DNA of 64,000 nucleotides from Octopus vulgaris (Eukaryota), in the NCBI GenBank assembly GCA_951406725.2, contig OX597815.1, positions 106,826,001 to 106,890,000 on the forward strand, written 5' to 3'. The notes under the pieces were generated by a model, which searched no databases, had not been told where the DNA came from, and was given only the letters and a program-made list of their open reading frames with translations. Every line of letters begins with the position of its first letter. Positions within the stretch are counted from its first letter, which is position 1. Of this stretch, positions 41,795 through 54,860 are shown piece after piece. A program made the position numbers and the translations under genes.

Positions 41795-42355
41795 CACACA
41801 TGGTGGCTGCTCCCTCGTTATCGAGTATGGCCATTGCACGAAGCTTAATCAATGTTGTTATCGTGCAATGCCTGTGCAAGAAGATATTTTTTTAAGTGAG
41901 GAAAGGCTGTGCACTGAGTCAATCCCACTCACTAAGCAACAGCAGCCATAATCCGAAAAGAAGAACAAGTCAATATCATCGGTAACCACTGAGCCGCAGG
42001 TTTTATGTCGGAGTTATCCCAGTTACCTGAGTTGCCTTCTCCTAGAAGGATGCCCTGACAAAGGCTAGGAGTCCTTCACTCCCAATGGTTTAACTGCGCG
42101 ATCGGGTATTCAATCCGATTATTTCTATGTCTCCGCGCATGATACAGCTTTAAGACATTTATTGGATGGTCGTTGACTCTCAAGAGTTCCTCCGCCCTTT
42201 GACGGGTTTTATTTTTCATCCCGCAGGTTGACCAATAAACACCCTCCTCACCAAGCGAACTTGGTGGGGTTGCCGGTTTAGTCGCCGACGACCCGACCAT
42301 GCAACAGGTAGTACTGGGTTACATGTTACCAGTAGCACTCGAAAGTGACCTGACA
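41795..42355 (-). mobile_element. Non-coding RTE-derived element (5' UTR-like part joined to RTE-type 3' end) flanked by (TACA)n
   Basis: Shares ACTC.TGAG.AGTCAACG..CATCCAA and the AGGAGA.G..AACTC motif with the 5' region of the RTE at 32270-32450; ends CTCG-ATAA-CGAG-GGA like the RTE 3' stem-loop. Confidence 0.55.
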
Positions 42356-42371
42356 TACATACATACATACA

Positions 42372-42403
<32 letters not shown>

Positions 42404-42492
42404 CATATATACATATATACCTACATATATATATATATATATATACATAATTATATATATATATACATACATACGTATATATATATAAATAT

Positions 42493-42519
<27 letters not shown>

Positions 42520-42525
<6 letters not shown>

Positions 42526-44057
42526 AAACTGAGAATGTGTGTCTGTGTGTCTGTCTGTGTATTTCCCTAAAACTTGAGAACTACACAACCAATTTCATTC
42601 AAATTTTACACTTGCCTTACTTAGGGTCTATGTACTTTCATTGGCAAAAAAATGTTCAATTTCTTGCCTAGAGTGAGCCCATAGCAATATCATATCTTCT
42701 CCACTATTTCAGTATTACGTGTTAAAAGTCTCTATTTTATGTCAGATGCTTTAACTTTAACAATAAAAATAATAATAGCAATTGAATTATATGTAGTAAA
42801 TAATAATTAAAATCAAACTAAAGTATAATATAATCGTAACATAACAAAAGTAAAAATAGCGATTGGTATAAAATTGCATCAATGATTTGAACTTGAATAA
42901 GTGGTTTCACATGAATGGGAATAAATTAAAAATAAAATTATCGTGCAGAAATGGAATAGTCCAGATGAAGCTGTGCTTTTACATTAGATTATCTGCTAAT
43001 TAGCTAGCATTAAGTATCTATATGAAGTTTAGCTGTATGTAATATCTGTTTTCTCGAACTGCCGCTCCTACAGAGCTGTTGGTTTATTTCTTATACATAA
43101 AGAACTAAAGCTTCAACTGCTCACTGCTTTCTGACTCATCGTAAAGTTTGTCATTATTATTATTACTGTTTAACTATTGTTATCACGTTTGTTGGTTCCT
43201 CGTAAAGGAAACATTGTTGCATTTGTTAAATAATTGTAAACTGTAACCCCCCCCCCTTTGGGAGAAGGAGCTTTGGTTATTGTTTAAAAATTGAATTGTG
43301 TCCCTGTTTGGGGAAATTGACAATATTTTCACCGTTTACACGGAAGCATTTTTGTTAGAATGCATTCGATAAAAGAAAGTCCAAAAATGAATTTCGCTGC
43401 AGCCGTCGGCAGGCGCGAACTCATTGAAATTAAAATGGAAGAAATACGGATTGATCACCGACAAAGACGGTGAATCTAGGATAACACCACCAAACGAAAT
43501 AAAAAATTAAATTAAAGAAAAGACTATTGTCTATAAAGTATACAATATAGAGAAAAAAAAGATTTGAACACCTGTAGGAAAGCACCATCGAAAAGTGTCT
43601 TGGTGCAACTATGAAAGATATCTAACCAGAGGCGGTAAATTCGCCACAATAGAAGCAAGGTTCGAGTCATCGGGGCGTGCAAGGGAGTACTCGACTCGAA
43701 GCTTGCAAAGTGGAAATATTTTATTCTTACCTTTATATCTGGGACGTAGGACGTCCCGGATAAAAATTAAAAATATCCCCCCAGAAGTAGAGGTAGGCTG
43801 GATTGTAGCCACATTTCTATAAAAGAGGGAGGACAAGATACAATTGATCGAAATTGCAAGAGACGAGCCTACAATTCCAGTCTGTTATATATTTTGAGTA
43901 TTGTTATCACTAGCGATATCAAGACATAACTTTGTATTTTGTATTTTATATGTAGATGTATATATATAGAAGTACATGTAATATGTACACATATATATAT
44001 ACACATATATACATGCACTAGCACTATGACCCGGCAACGACGGGTCATAATGCTAGT
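42520..44057 (+). mobile_element. Non-autonomous Helitron-like element (second family)
   Basis: Head TATAAAACTGAGAATGTGTGTCTGTGTGTCTGTCTG...AACTACACAACCAATTTCATTCAAATTTTAC; 3' hairpin TATGACCCG-GCAACGA-CGGGTCATA followed by CTAG|T at 44053-44057. Confidence 0.6.
43250..43870 (+). mobile_element. Probable 5' UTR/ORF1 fragment of an L1/Tx1-type LINE
   Basis: ATG AAT TTC GCT GCA GCC GTC (MNFAAAV) start; YLTRGGKFATIEARFES...LPLYLGRRTSRIKIKNIPPEVEVGWIVA resembles RRM-containing ORF1 N-terminal region. Confidence 0.5.
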
Positions 44058-44083
44058 ATATATATATATATATAATATATATA

Positions 44084-44340
44084 TAGGCGCAGGCGTGGGT
44101 GTATGGTAGGAAGCTTGCTTCCCAGTCACATGGTTCTGGGTTCAGTCCCACTGCGTGGCATCTCGGGCGTGTGTTTTCTGCTATAACCGAGAGTAACTAA
44201 AGAGTTAGTAAGTACTGAGTACTCCACAGCAACTGATGCAATGACCTTACTCATTTATGTCTTTGTTGGGTTACTATTTTTATTTCTTTTTCAAAGCCTT
44301 GTGAGTGGATTTGGTAGACGGGAACTGAAAGAAGCCCGTC

Positions 44341-44379
<39 letters not shown>

Positions 44380-44618
44380 CCCCCCCATATATATATGTAT
44401 GTGTATGTATGTGTGTGTGTGTCTGTATCTCTCCCCAGGTATCGCTTGACAACCGATGTTGGTGTATTTATGTCCCCTTAACTTAGTGGTTCGGCAAAAA
44501 GAGGCCGATAGAACAAGTACTAGGTTTCCAAAGAATAAGTCCTGGGTTTGATTTCTACGACTAAAGGCGGTGCTCCAGCATGGATGCCGTCACATGACTA
44601 AAGCGAGTAAAAGAATAA
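44084..44618 (+). mobile_element. SINE family A copy carrying a roughly 100-bp insertion
   Basis: TAGGCGCAGGCGTGG head, GGTTCAGTCCC B box, extra sequence about 44186-44291, tail AAGCGAGTAAAAGAATAAA. Confidence 0.85.
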
Positions 44619-44703
44619 ATGAATATATATATACATATATATGTATGCATATATATACTTATATATACATACATGCATACATGCATATATATATATATAC
44701 ACA

Positions 44704-45566
44704 CTACATATGTGGGGTATTCTGTCTGTGGGTGTGTCTGTGGAGTTGTTAGCTAACTCCTCCTACATCGTTTTATCGATTTTGATGAAACTTGACACGT
44801 GAGTAGAACTCATGTCTGGAAACCTCATAGTATACTCAGATTGTTGAATAAATCGATAATAGGGCCCCTGAAAAGGATCCTTATATATTTGTAATGTAAT
44901 TCTTTTTAACAGCCAAGGGAAATAACCCATTCATTTTCCTAAATCATTTGGTATAAATCAAATTGAGTATGCTTATTTCTTAGTATTTGAACTGTTAGAG
45001 TTATTTTTGCCATTTATCCAGTACATCCCTTAAACAACTAAATAGCATTTTCCTAAACAATAGATTCCTTTATTTCGGTTAGTGACTTATTCACGAATAT
45101 ACCAACAGTAGCGCCGCTGTGGGTAATATTCTCTGGGAACGCACAAAAGCCCTTTTCAGAGTTATTTACTCTGAATTGTTATTATCTCATATCTGATTAG
45201 CCTGTTATTACGTAACATACCTCACGATTTTATTATACATACCTTATTAGCATTTCTTCCTAAGTTCTATATACTCTGGGAACGCATTAAAGCCTTTTTC
45301 GGAGTTACTTTATTTGAATTCTTACTATCGGGTTACTAATTTCATGTTATTACATAACTGATTTCATAATTTGGGTATCCATAACTTATTGGAAATTCCT
45401 AAAAACAAGATCCTGTATAAGACGGTTCGGTATTCTCTGTAAATGCACAAAAACCGTTTTAAGGGCTACATACTTTGTATTGTTGTTATTGAATTAACGA
45501 AACAATTATGAGAACGGAACCAAGGAAAAGCCCCGCTTTCTCGGGAATTACCGGGTACGTCAACTC

Positions 45567-45568
<2 letters not shown>
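44704..45568 (+). mobile_element. Non-autonomous Helitron-like element, copy 2
   Basis: Collinear with 8857-9768; ends CAACTCG|T. Confidence 0.7.
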
Positions 45569-45612
<44 letters not shown>

Positions 45613-45624
45613 TTTCTGTCTTTC

Positions 45625-45833
45625 TGTTTTACTTGTTTCAGTCATTTGACTGCGGCCATGCTGGAGCACCACCTTTAGTCAAGCAAATCGACTCCGGGAC
45701 GTATTCTTTGGAAGTCTAGTACTTATTCTATCGGTTCCTTTTGCCGAACCGTTAAGTTACGGGGACGTAAACACACCTTCATCGGCTGTCAAGCGATGTT
45801 GGGGACAAACACAGGCACACAAACATATACACG

Positions 45834-45865
<32 letters not shown>

Positions 45866-45920
45866 CATATATACGACGGGTTTCTTTCAGTTTCCGTCTA
45901 CCAAATCCACTCACAAGTCT
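45625..45920 (-). mobile_element. SINE family A, head missing
   Basis: Matches the 3' two-thirds of 22711-23163. Confidence 0.85.
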
Positions 45921-45921
45921 T

Positions 45922-45949
<28 letters not shown>

Positions 45950-45952
<3 letters not shown>

Positions 45953-47110
45953 TAGGTCATCCCATAAATAATGCAGTTTTTTTATACTTCTTTTATCTTC
46001 TTTTATTTTTCAAAATTAAGATAAAACAAAGTTCTTTTTTAATCTAAAATATACCAACCTTCATTTTCTACACTGCTCTTCCATCTATCTGGTAGACTTG
46101 CAAGGCCCTTCTTCCAAAATACACTTGTCCGTGACGAAAAATATTTCTCCAGTATTGTTCTGACCTCGTCTACAGAATTCATATTGTTCCCGTCCAAATG
46201 ATTTTAAAGACTGCGGAATATCCGGCGAATATGGTGGGTGGGGCATCGTTTCTAGTCTTTGGAATGTCATCCTTGCTGTACGTGGTCGAGCATTATCCTG
46301 ATGGAAGAACATCTTTCGTCTTGAAACCAAAGATGGTACTTTTTCTTCTAGCGCTGACTTAAGCCGCTAAAGCTGCTCGCTGTAGATCTCCTTTGTTACC
46401 GTTTGGTTTGGGTTTAAAAGTTCAAAGTGAACTAAACACTTCATGTCCCACCAAACAGATAACAACACCTTACATGAGTAAATACCTTCTTTAGCCTAGG
46501 ATATCGGTGTTTCTCCTTTCCCTACCCACTGTCTTCGGCGCTTGACAGAGAACCCATTTCTCGTCAGCAAAAAGATCCGAAAAAGGTTTATTCGCAAGAC
46601 TTGACAGCAAAGAAGAGCACACATTCACTATCTTCGCGCAATTAGACTCGGAAAGTTTGTGAGGAACCCATTGACCCAATTTGCTGACTTTTCCAATGAC
46701 ATGCAGGTGTCGATGAATGGTTGAATGACCAAATCCAAGCTTCTCTGCTAGTCCCTCAACAGTTACAATGGGATTTTGTCCTACTAGGGTTTGCTGGACG
46801 TCCTCGTCAAGCTCTACAGATCTTCCAGGATGAAGCTCGTCTTCTAGACTGTAGTTTTCGGCTTGGAAATTCTGGAATCACCGTTGCCACTGGCTTATGC
46901 TTATTGCCCGATCCCCATATACTGCATTAATATTCCTCGCACTTTTCGTTGCGTTGTTGCCTTTATTGAACTCAAAAAGCAAAATATGCCGAATATGCTC
47001 CTTTGTTGTTTCCATTATAGCTTTAAAAACATAACTGTTAAAATTGAACTGCACTCTTCAAAACTTGCACTAAGAATAATTACAAGGTAAAATTACTATC
47101 TGCTTTTATA
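45950..47110 (-). mobile_element. mariner (DD34D) transposon remnant
   Basis: WVPHKLSE and DEKWV (46491-46679); HQDNARP and PHPPYSPD (46085-46330); TIR TA|TTAGGTCATCCCATAA at about 45950-45967. Confidence 0.9.
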
Positions 47111-47226
47111 GCAAGGTGTGTGTGTGTGTGTGGGGGGGGGGGTGAGTGGGTGTGGCGTACGATTATACATCTACTAGAAAACAGATAAACAAGTGCACCG
47201 AATAAAAATATCTCGTGGTATTTTTG

Positions 47227-47892
47227 TTAACCCTATTGAAACTGACATGTCTGAGACTACCTCTGGTTTTCTCATACATAATCTTTCATTTTAAAATACT
47301 TATGCTTAGATTTAAACAGCGCATTTGCGTTTGAGTGGTAGATAGAATAGCTTTCGTTCCAAGTTCAAATGTAGCCGATCTTACGCTTGCTTTTTATCCA
47401 TTCAGGGTCGACACATAAAATTTTCATTGAAGTACGATGGTAGAGAAGATCGATTCTAACTTCTTCTTTAGAATCTGCGATAGCTGATAATATGGATCCT
47501 TGTAAAAATCACTTGAAGGAAAGCAGCATTTTATTCTCGCGTGAAAATTTCATGACAATCATTGTAACACTATGTCCTTGTTAAGGAAGTCACCAGAAGG
47601 TGATCGCCGATCTGTTTGTGCAAGGAAGGAAGATTTGAATGAAATCTTCAATGCTGTTTTTTTAAAAATTAATCTGATAAATCCGTCCGCACGCTTTAGC
47701 TAGCGCGATTTCGTTTCACTATATACTCTGGAAGATTCAGAAGTGGAAGGCCTCTTGGTTTTGCATTAACGCTCGCTAATTTGCAAAAACAGCGTTATTT
47801 TTAGCCGTAAACACATAACTATAGTGTCTTCTAGGACTATAGTCAAACAAAATTGCGTTCGTTTAAACGTACCCGCGAGTTCAAAGGGTTAA
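47227..47892. mobile_element. Possible piggyBac-like non-autonomous element
   Basis: TTAA|CCCTATTGAAACT ... AGTTCAAAGGG|TTAA: TTAA flanks with short imperfect CCCT-starting TIRs. Confidence 0.4.
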
Positions 47893-49529
47893 GTCAGATA
47901 TTTTAAAGTTATGTTCTAAAAACATCTTAATTATGAAAAAGTAATTTTTCTCATTATCTGGTCGAACTGAATCGAATTTACCCGTGTATATTGATATCGG
48001 AATGCCCATAGTAATATATTATTAATGAATTCTAGCTTGGCTCTCCAGTTTACTCCTACAAAACATATGCATCTCTCTTACGACATCAGTGATTGCAAGA
48101 AGACTGCCATACAAGTCTTGTAGAATGCTTTCTCCAAAAGATATTCAGAACGACTTGCAACATGCAAGTGTAAGAACCAATCAATGTTTTCTTCTTGGCG
48201 TTTGGTGAGTGTCTATGTAGAGGACACGTACACTAGCGCTAATTTAAGAAGATACGTTTAAAAATATAGCTATGTATATGAGCGTGGCGGAATGTCAGCA
48301 GCGGTAGCACAGTGGACTTTACAGTTTTAGTTTAGTTTGTGAGTTCAAATATCGCTAAAGTCGACTTTGGCTAATGTTCCTCAAAAGTCCATAAAATAAG
48401 TGTCTGTTATAGTGTGTGATTGATTTATTGGCTTATAAATCTTCCCTACAAAATTGTGGCTTGCACAAATTTAAAAACAACTCCTCATTATTTGTTGTCA
48501 GTATCGACGTGTGGCTGAAGACTTTCATTTCTATTCTTGCCACACTCCAAGAATTAATGTCTGTTTATACACTCCAGGGAATCCTTTCATTTCTGTTATC
48601 TCTTACGAACTAAAAACTGTTTTATATCCTTTTAACATTTTTACTATTGGTGATTTAGCAGAATCATTAGAATGTCACACGAGATACTACAAAATTTTGT
48701 TAGTTATAACGCTTTACGTTTTGAGATCAATACATCGAAGCTGAATAAAATCAAGTCGAGTCTCTATAGTAGACTGTGTCCCTTCGCTTAATCTGTGACC
48801 TTGTGTCTGTCTTGGAATCCACTATTTTTACTGGTTGTGTATAAGGAAAATATTGTGAGTGAGAAGTGAAAGACTCACAAGCAAGCAATAAAATTTGAAA
48901 GTGAAGAACTACAATTCTATTGTATATAAATATATAGACTTATATTATTATATACATATATTCTTGCAAGTGTTTTTAGAGTCGTAAGATTCCGATCTAA
49001 ACACGTTCAGCACTCACATTTCGACTTATCTAACTTCTCTCAACAGCAAAACATTTAAATAATTTCAGGTACTAAAATACTTTTTGGTACAAAGTCATAA
49101 TGTTTTTGAATAAAAATGTATGATCGTATAACGTTCTTACCTTTTCCAAAAATCTTACAGTGTAAAAGAATACAAATTCACTTCAGCTTCAGAGAATCGA
49201 AACCGAGTTTACATCATTGTTCGCCATGGACAGCTAAATTAAGTAAAATGCTGAAAGCATACGCTCTTACATTCATACACGCATGCGTAAAAGCATTACA
49301 AGTCTACAGCAACCCAACATGAAATGAAAAGCTTTTTGCTCATTAGCAAAAGGTCATGCATGTTTATGTTGTCAGAGAACTTCAGTGTCAGTAGCATAAA
49401 TAAGCAGAGTATACTTTTGCAATTCAGGAAAAAAAATAATAAATAAAAACCTGGTTCACAAAATTGACAGAGATGTAGGGAAAATAGATATGACAACCAA
49501 CGAAAGCTCTGTGGAATTATCACGGAATA

Positions 49530-51250
49530 TGTTACACATATCATAATTAGTTGTCTGAAATGTCATGAAGAGGCCACCTACCTATGAAGCATGGTGTAGT
49601 AGCTAAAATACTATACAATAGAAAACATAAAAAATAATAGTCTTTAAGATAATTTTAAAAGTTTAAGGGATATACAGGAATACTCGCCTATAACAGAAAA
49701 GAATACTGGAATGATGAAGTCAAATCCTTTGTAAAATATAGGCACAACAGATCAGATATCTGGTATAGGAAAAAGATAGTGCGAGCGATGAACTAAGACA
49801 TGTACAGATTCTACACCCGGAATATAACTTAAAATTTATATCTCTGTTTATTTGGGTTACGTAATCAAATGCCTCAGACTAATCTTGAGAAACTGGACCT
49901 CACAAAAACCAGAAGAGTCAAGAGTAATAAAGAAATTTCACGTCATTAATGGAAGTGTGAAAATATGCAAAGCATTGCTGCTGTTTAGCTTGTGATGCTG
50001 TTTATGCGATTTAACAGTACAACTTTTACATTCGGGTAAAAACCAAAGAAAGTACGGTCATAAAAACTTTCAGCCTTTAATATGTATGTCATTCACGACA
50101 CTTTTGCAATGTTTATGCTGACAACATTAGGCTTCCTGGATTGATCATTACAAGAACTTAACGAGATGGATGTCAGAGATCGCAAGCTGTTCAGTGTTAC
50201 CGGAAATTCCACATCAATAGAGATATAGGCAAATTATACTCCCCATATAATGGTGGTGACCATGGTCCCCAATTTGTATCAATATTATACGAAACCCGGT
50301 TTGTAACATTAAATCAACGTCTCTAGAAGAGAGAAAAAAGATAAACTATTTCGCTCAAGGTGGGAGTGTGATGATGAAAACATTCGAACAGTTATACTTG
50401 AAGCGAGGCATGAAATAAAATCTAACATAGATATCCTTCAAAGAAATATTTTTAAAATGCTACTTCACACACACACACACACAAAAGCTGTTCCTAGGAA
50501 AGATTGTACACGAAAACTTGAATAATAAAACAAGTCCAGAAAGGAAATGTATCATATTAAAAGCCTCATATCGAATATCAAAAAGTATACTTTGAAGGTT
50601 ATCCCCATGCAATCTAGGAAAATTTCCCACACAGGCCCTCTCATATGAAAAGCAGATTTTGCATAAACTTATATTTGTTGCGAGCCGACAACAAATAGAA
50701 ACTAAACAAAATTAAAAGCGAGGACATCTGGCAGATTATTGTCATCTGTGAGAGAATGGCCTCTTGATATCATGCCACGTAATGCGAGAATTAGGAGCCA
50801 AAACTAGTTGGAATAGAATAAGTATGAAGAAAAAAGCAAACAAAGATGAACATATCTAAGCCGGTGGTTCAAAAGAATATTAATTGAAACTAAGAATACA
50901 AATAACAAACATTAAAGCACAACTAAATTGATATTGATGTACGGCACGACTAAATAAAACTACATTCTGTTCTGGTAGACGACTGTCCGCTTGACAGTGG
51001 TACGAAAACTACGGAAGAAAGAAGATATTTATAGACAGTCGATGAGAAGCCTGACAATCCAGCACCCGAAATACACTTTCAGTTTATACCCATTATTACT
51101 GAGTGTGGGATATGTATCAACCTGGCTGGATCAAAATATAGCTGGGCTTGGGTTCTTCGAGGAAAATAAGCAGCTTCTTAATTTATATGCTACAAATCCT
51201 CGCCATATCTGGGACAATAAAAAAAACTTACACATATCATTTCGATGATT
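49530..51250 (+). mobile_element. Highly decayed RLE-type LINE remnant
   Basis: Scattered echoes such as ELNEMDVRDRKL and KKEDIYRQ..RSLTIQHPKYTF; no intact frame. Confidence 0.4.
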
Positions 51251-52341
51251 TATAGCCGATAATAATATTCATTATGTTCATTATAAAACTTAAAACTAGC
51301 GCGTTAGAGCTGGTGTGAGACAACACTAACACTTTAGACGAAATTATTCTATTACTATCACTACTACTACAGCCGCCACCACCAACACCACTTCCACCAC
51401 CACCATAATACTCATCTTCATCAGAGCTACCACAGGCAACAGTATCACTATAATAACCATAACCACATACAACATACCCATTAGAGTTGACACTGCCGCC
51501 ATCATAATCTCCCAACTATGTAAGCTATCACCACAAACTTTCCTGCCAATGAAAACAAACGGTTATCATACATTTTATGGTATAGACATATATAAGATAC
51601 AATTTTCTTTTTTGCTAAAAATGATATATTCCAACAGCAAAGTGATGTTTGCATTCAGGTGCATTTGCGTACAGAAAATAATTTTAGAAACTATATTAAA
51701 GGAAGATCTACATATTTTTTTCACATTTCTAAAGGGAGGGAACTGTTTTTCCCCCCTTCTATAGATTAGAAGCTGTGTCTGCAAAATATTTATCATTCAG
51801 ATAAACAGCAACTAAAGGAACAAAATAAAAATATCTTTAAAGCCAATATGGAAATTTTGTAAAATATTTTTATTATATTTCTTTAGATTTTTATTTTTCT
51901 ATTGTAATCTACCGTTACCTACTTATTATCTGATATACATACATACATACATACACACACACATACATACATATGTGTGTATGTACGTATATATATGTAT
52001 ATATATTTGTGTATATATATATATATATATATATATACATTTGCGTGTATGTATGTATATACATATACGCATACATATTCTTCCATATATAGTAAGTGAA
52101 TGTCTGTTCATATACATGTGTATACACAAATTCACAAACACACACATACATGCATATACAAGCACAAGCACAGGCACACATACACGCTCACAGACACACA
52201 TACGCACACATGCGTCCGTAACCTTTTTTTTCTCTAGCTATCTAGCTCCATATATATCTCTCTCATTTCCACTTACACTTTCTCTTAACGAAAGCTTATT
52301 ACATACTGTTATCAACACACATTCGCTTTCGAGTGTTATAA

Positions 52342-52383
<42 letters not shown>

Positions 52384-52867
52384 CCTTGCATGTATATGAG
52401 TGTATCTATATACAAACATTTATGTATCGATGTAAATTCTTTGTATTCTTTGTATTTCAAGAGTTACATCTGAGAAAGCTGAAGCTAGAAGAGTTTAATA
52501 TAAGGAGACAAGAGTCCCGTTGTGGGTGTATGTATGTATGTATGTATGTATGTATGTATGTATGTATGTATGTATGTATGTATGTATGTATGTATGTATG
52601 TGCATGTGTGTGTGTATGTATGTATGTATGTATGTATGTGTGTATGTATGTGTGTATGTATGTATGTATGTATGTATGGATGGATGGATGTGTGTATGTA
52701 TGCATATACATACACACACACATACACACACACTCATACACACACTCATATATACACACATATATGTGTGTGTGGGTGTGTACATTTGCATATATTGTGG
52801 TAAATATTTCATGTTTTCTTTATGTTGTATATTTGAGGTCCATTTTCCCAATTTAATTGAAATAGTA

Positions 52868-53095
52868 ACTAAGCCGTAGCATAAAAGCCATAAAGTCATA
52901 TATACATAAAAGTCGTAGCTTAAAGTAACAGAACTACAATGTCGTAGTAACAAAGATATAAAGTAATAGCCTAAAGCCACATCGCCATAAATTCGTAACC
53001 ATAAAGTCATAGCGTAAAATCATATAGACATAAATCGTAGCATTTATGCTACAAATTTTATGTCATGGCATGAAAGCACGGCATAACGTTAAACT
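52868..53095. repeat. Degenerate roughly 14-bp minisatellite (AAAGTCATAGCCAT-like)
   Basis: Recurrent AAGCCGTAGCAT / AAAGTCATA / AAGTCGTAGC / AAATCGTAGCAT units. Confidence 0.6.
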
Positions 53096-53267
53096 ATCGT
53101 TGCACTTTCAGTGATCAAATATTTCTTTTTGCATAGGATTTTTGGTCGATAACTGATGAGGGATGAGCGTGTCCAGGTTCATTTTCTCCTGTTTACCTAT
53201 GTTGCTTAGTCGTTTCACTGTGCAGCATTTTAGCACATACATACAAACATACATGCATATATGTATA

Positions 53268-53310
<43 letters not shown>

Positions 53311-53464
53311 GTTATCGCCATACTAATATGGCATTCTTATAAAAATAAGAAAAAAGCTGTCCGCTTATTAGCTCCATGAGGCCATCGCCTTAAGTTAGCT
53401 ATTTGATACACAAACTGTATCCATATAACCTTCGAACAAGGGAGGTCAGTCGCTCCACACTACT

Positions 53465-53526
53465 TGACCGGCAGCTACAGACGCGTTTCGGGGTATTGCC
53501 CCTTTTCAATGCAGCGTAGCCAGCCA
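53465..53526 (-). ncRNA. Minimal type I hammerhead ribozyme (U3-A8 variant), copy 1
   Basis: UGGCUGGC-UAC-GCUGCA [UUGAAAA] GGGG-CAAUA-CCCC [GAAA] CGCG [UC] UGUAGC-U-GCCGGUCA. Confidence 0.8.
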
Positions 53527-53825
53527 GTAGGTGTCGCTTCCGACAATCTCTGTTCGATGGTTTTATTTACCTAGTTTCAGTGGAATACATCCACTTGTTT
53601 TCAATAATAGAAAAATTAAAATAACTAAGTCTCTCTAAAAGAGAACAGCGGCAGCGTTCCCGGGAAATAATAGTTATCGCCATACTAATATGGCATTCTT
53701 ATAAAAATAAGAAAAAACTGTCCGCTTATTAGCTCCATGAGGCCATCGCCTTAAGTTAGCTATTTGATACACAAACTGTATCCATATAACCTTCGAACAA
53801 GGGAGGTCAGTCGCTCCACACTACT

Positions 53826-53887
53826 TGACCGGCAGCTACAGACGCGTTTCGGGGTATTGCCCCTTTTCAATGCAGCGTAGCCAGCCA
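53826..53887 (-). ncRNA. Hammerhead ribozyme, copy 2
   Basis: Identical motif to copy 1. Confidence 0.8.
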
Positions 53888-54186
53888 GTAGGTGTCGCTT
53901 CCGACAATCTCTGTTCGATGGTTTTATTTACCTAGTTTCAGTGGAATACATCCACTTGTTTTCAATAATAGAAATATTAAAATAACTAAGTCTCTCTAAA
54001 AGAGAACAGCGGCAGCGTTCCCGGAAATAATAGTTATCGCCATACTAATATGGCATTCTTATAAAAATAAGAAAAAAACTGTCCGCTTATTAGCTCCATG
54101 AGGCCATCGCCTTAAGTTAGCTATTTGATACACAAACTGTATCCATATAACCTTCGAACAAGGGAGGTCAGTCGCTCCACACTACT

Positions 54187-54247
54187 TGACCGGCAGCTAC
54201 AGACGCGTTTCGGGTATTGCCCCTTTTCAATGCAGCGTAGCCAGCCA
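54187..54247 (-). ncRNA. Hammerhead ribozyme, copy 3 (one C missing in stem II)
   Basis: Same motif with GGGG/CCC; may be a homopolymer error. Confidence 0.7.
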
Positions 54248-54798
54248 GTAGGTGTCGCTTCCGACAATCTCTGTTCGATGGTTTTATTTACCTAGTTTCA
54301 GTGGAATACATCCACTTGTTTTCAATAATAGAAATATTAAAATAACTAAGTCTCTCTAAAAGAGAATAACGGCAGCGTTCCCGGAAAATAATAGTTATCG
54401 CCATACTAATATGGCATTCTTATAAAAATAAGAAAAAAGCTGTCCGCTTATTAGCTCCATGAGGCCATCGCCTTAAGTTAGCTATTTGATACACAAACTG
54501 TATCCATATAACCTTCGAACAAGGGAGGTCAGTCGCTCCACACTACAGTTTGTGTATCAAATAGCTAACTGAAGGCGATGGCCTCATGGAGCTAATAAGC
54601 GGACAGCTTTTTTCTTATTTTTATAAGAATGCCATATTAGTATGGCGATAACTATTATTTTCCGGGAACGCTGCCGCTGTTCTCTTTTAGAGAGACTTAG
54701 TTATTTTAATATTTCTATTATTGAAAACAAGTGGATGTATTCCACTGAAACTAGGTAAATAAATCCATCGAACAGAGATTGTCGGAAGCGACACCTAC

Positions 54799-54860
54799 TG
54801 GCTGGCTACGCTGCATTGAAAAGGGGCAATACCCCGAAACGCGTCTGTAGCTGCCGGTCA
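54799..54860 (+). ncRNA. Hammerhead ribozyme, copy 4
   Basis: TGGCTGGCTACGCTGCATTGAAAAGGGGCAATACCCCGAAACGCGTCTGTAGCTGCCGGTCA. Confidence 0.8.

Noticed and set aside
51975-52856. 293-aa ORF and similar long ORFs (6086-6652, 60506-61132, 186-596, 61538-62014)
   Set aside because: Translations of (TA)n, (CA)n, (TATG)n, (TATC)n and (TTC)n microsatellites that lack stops; no domain content.
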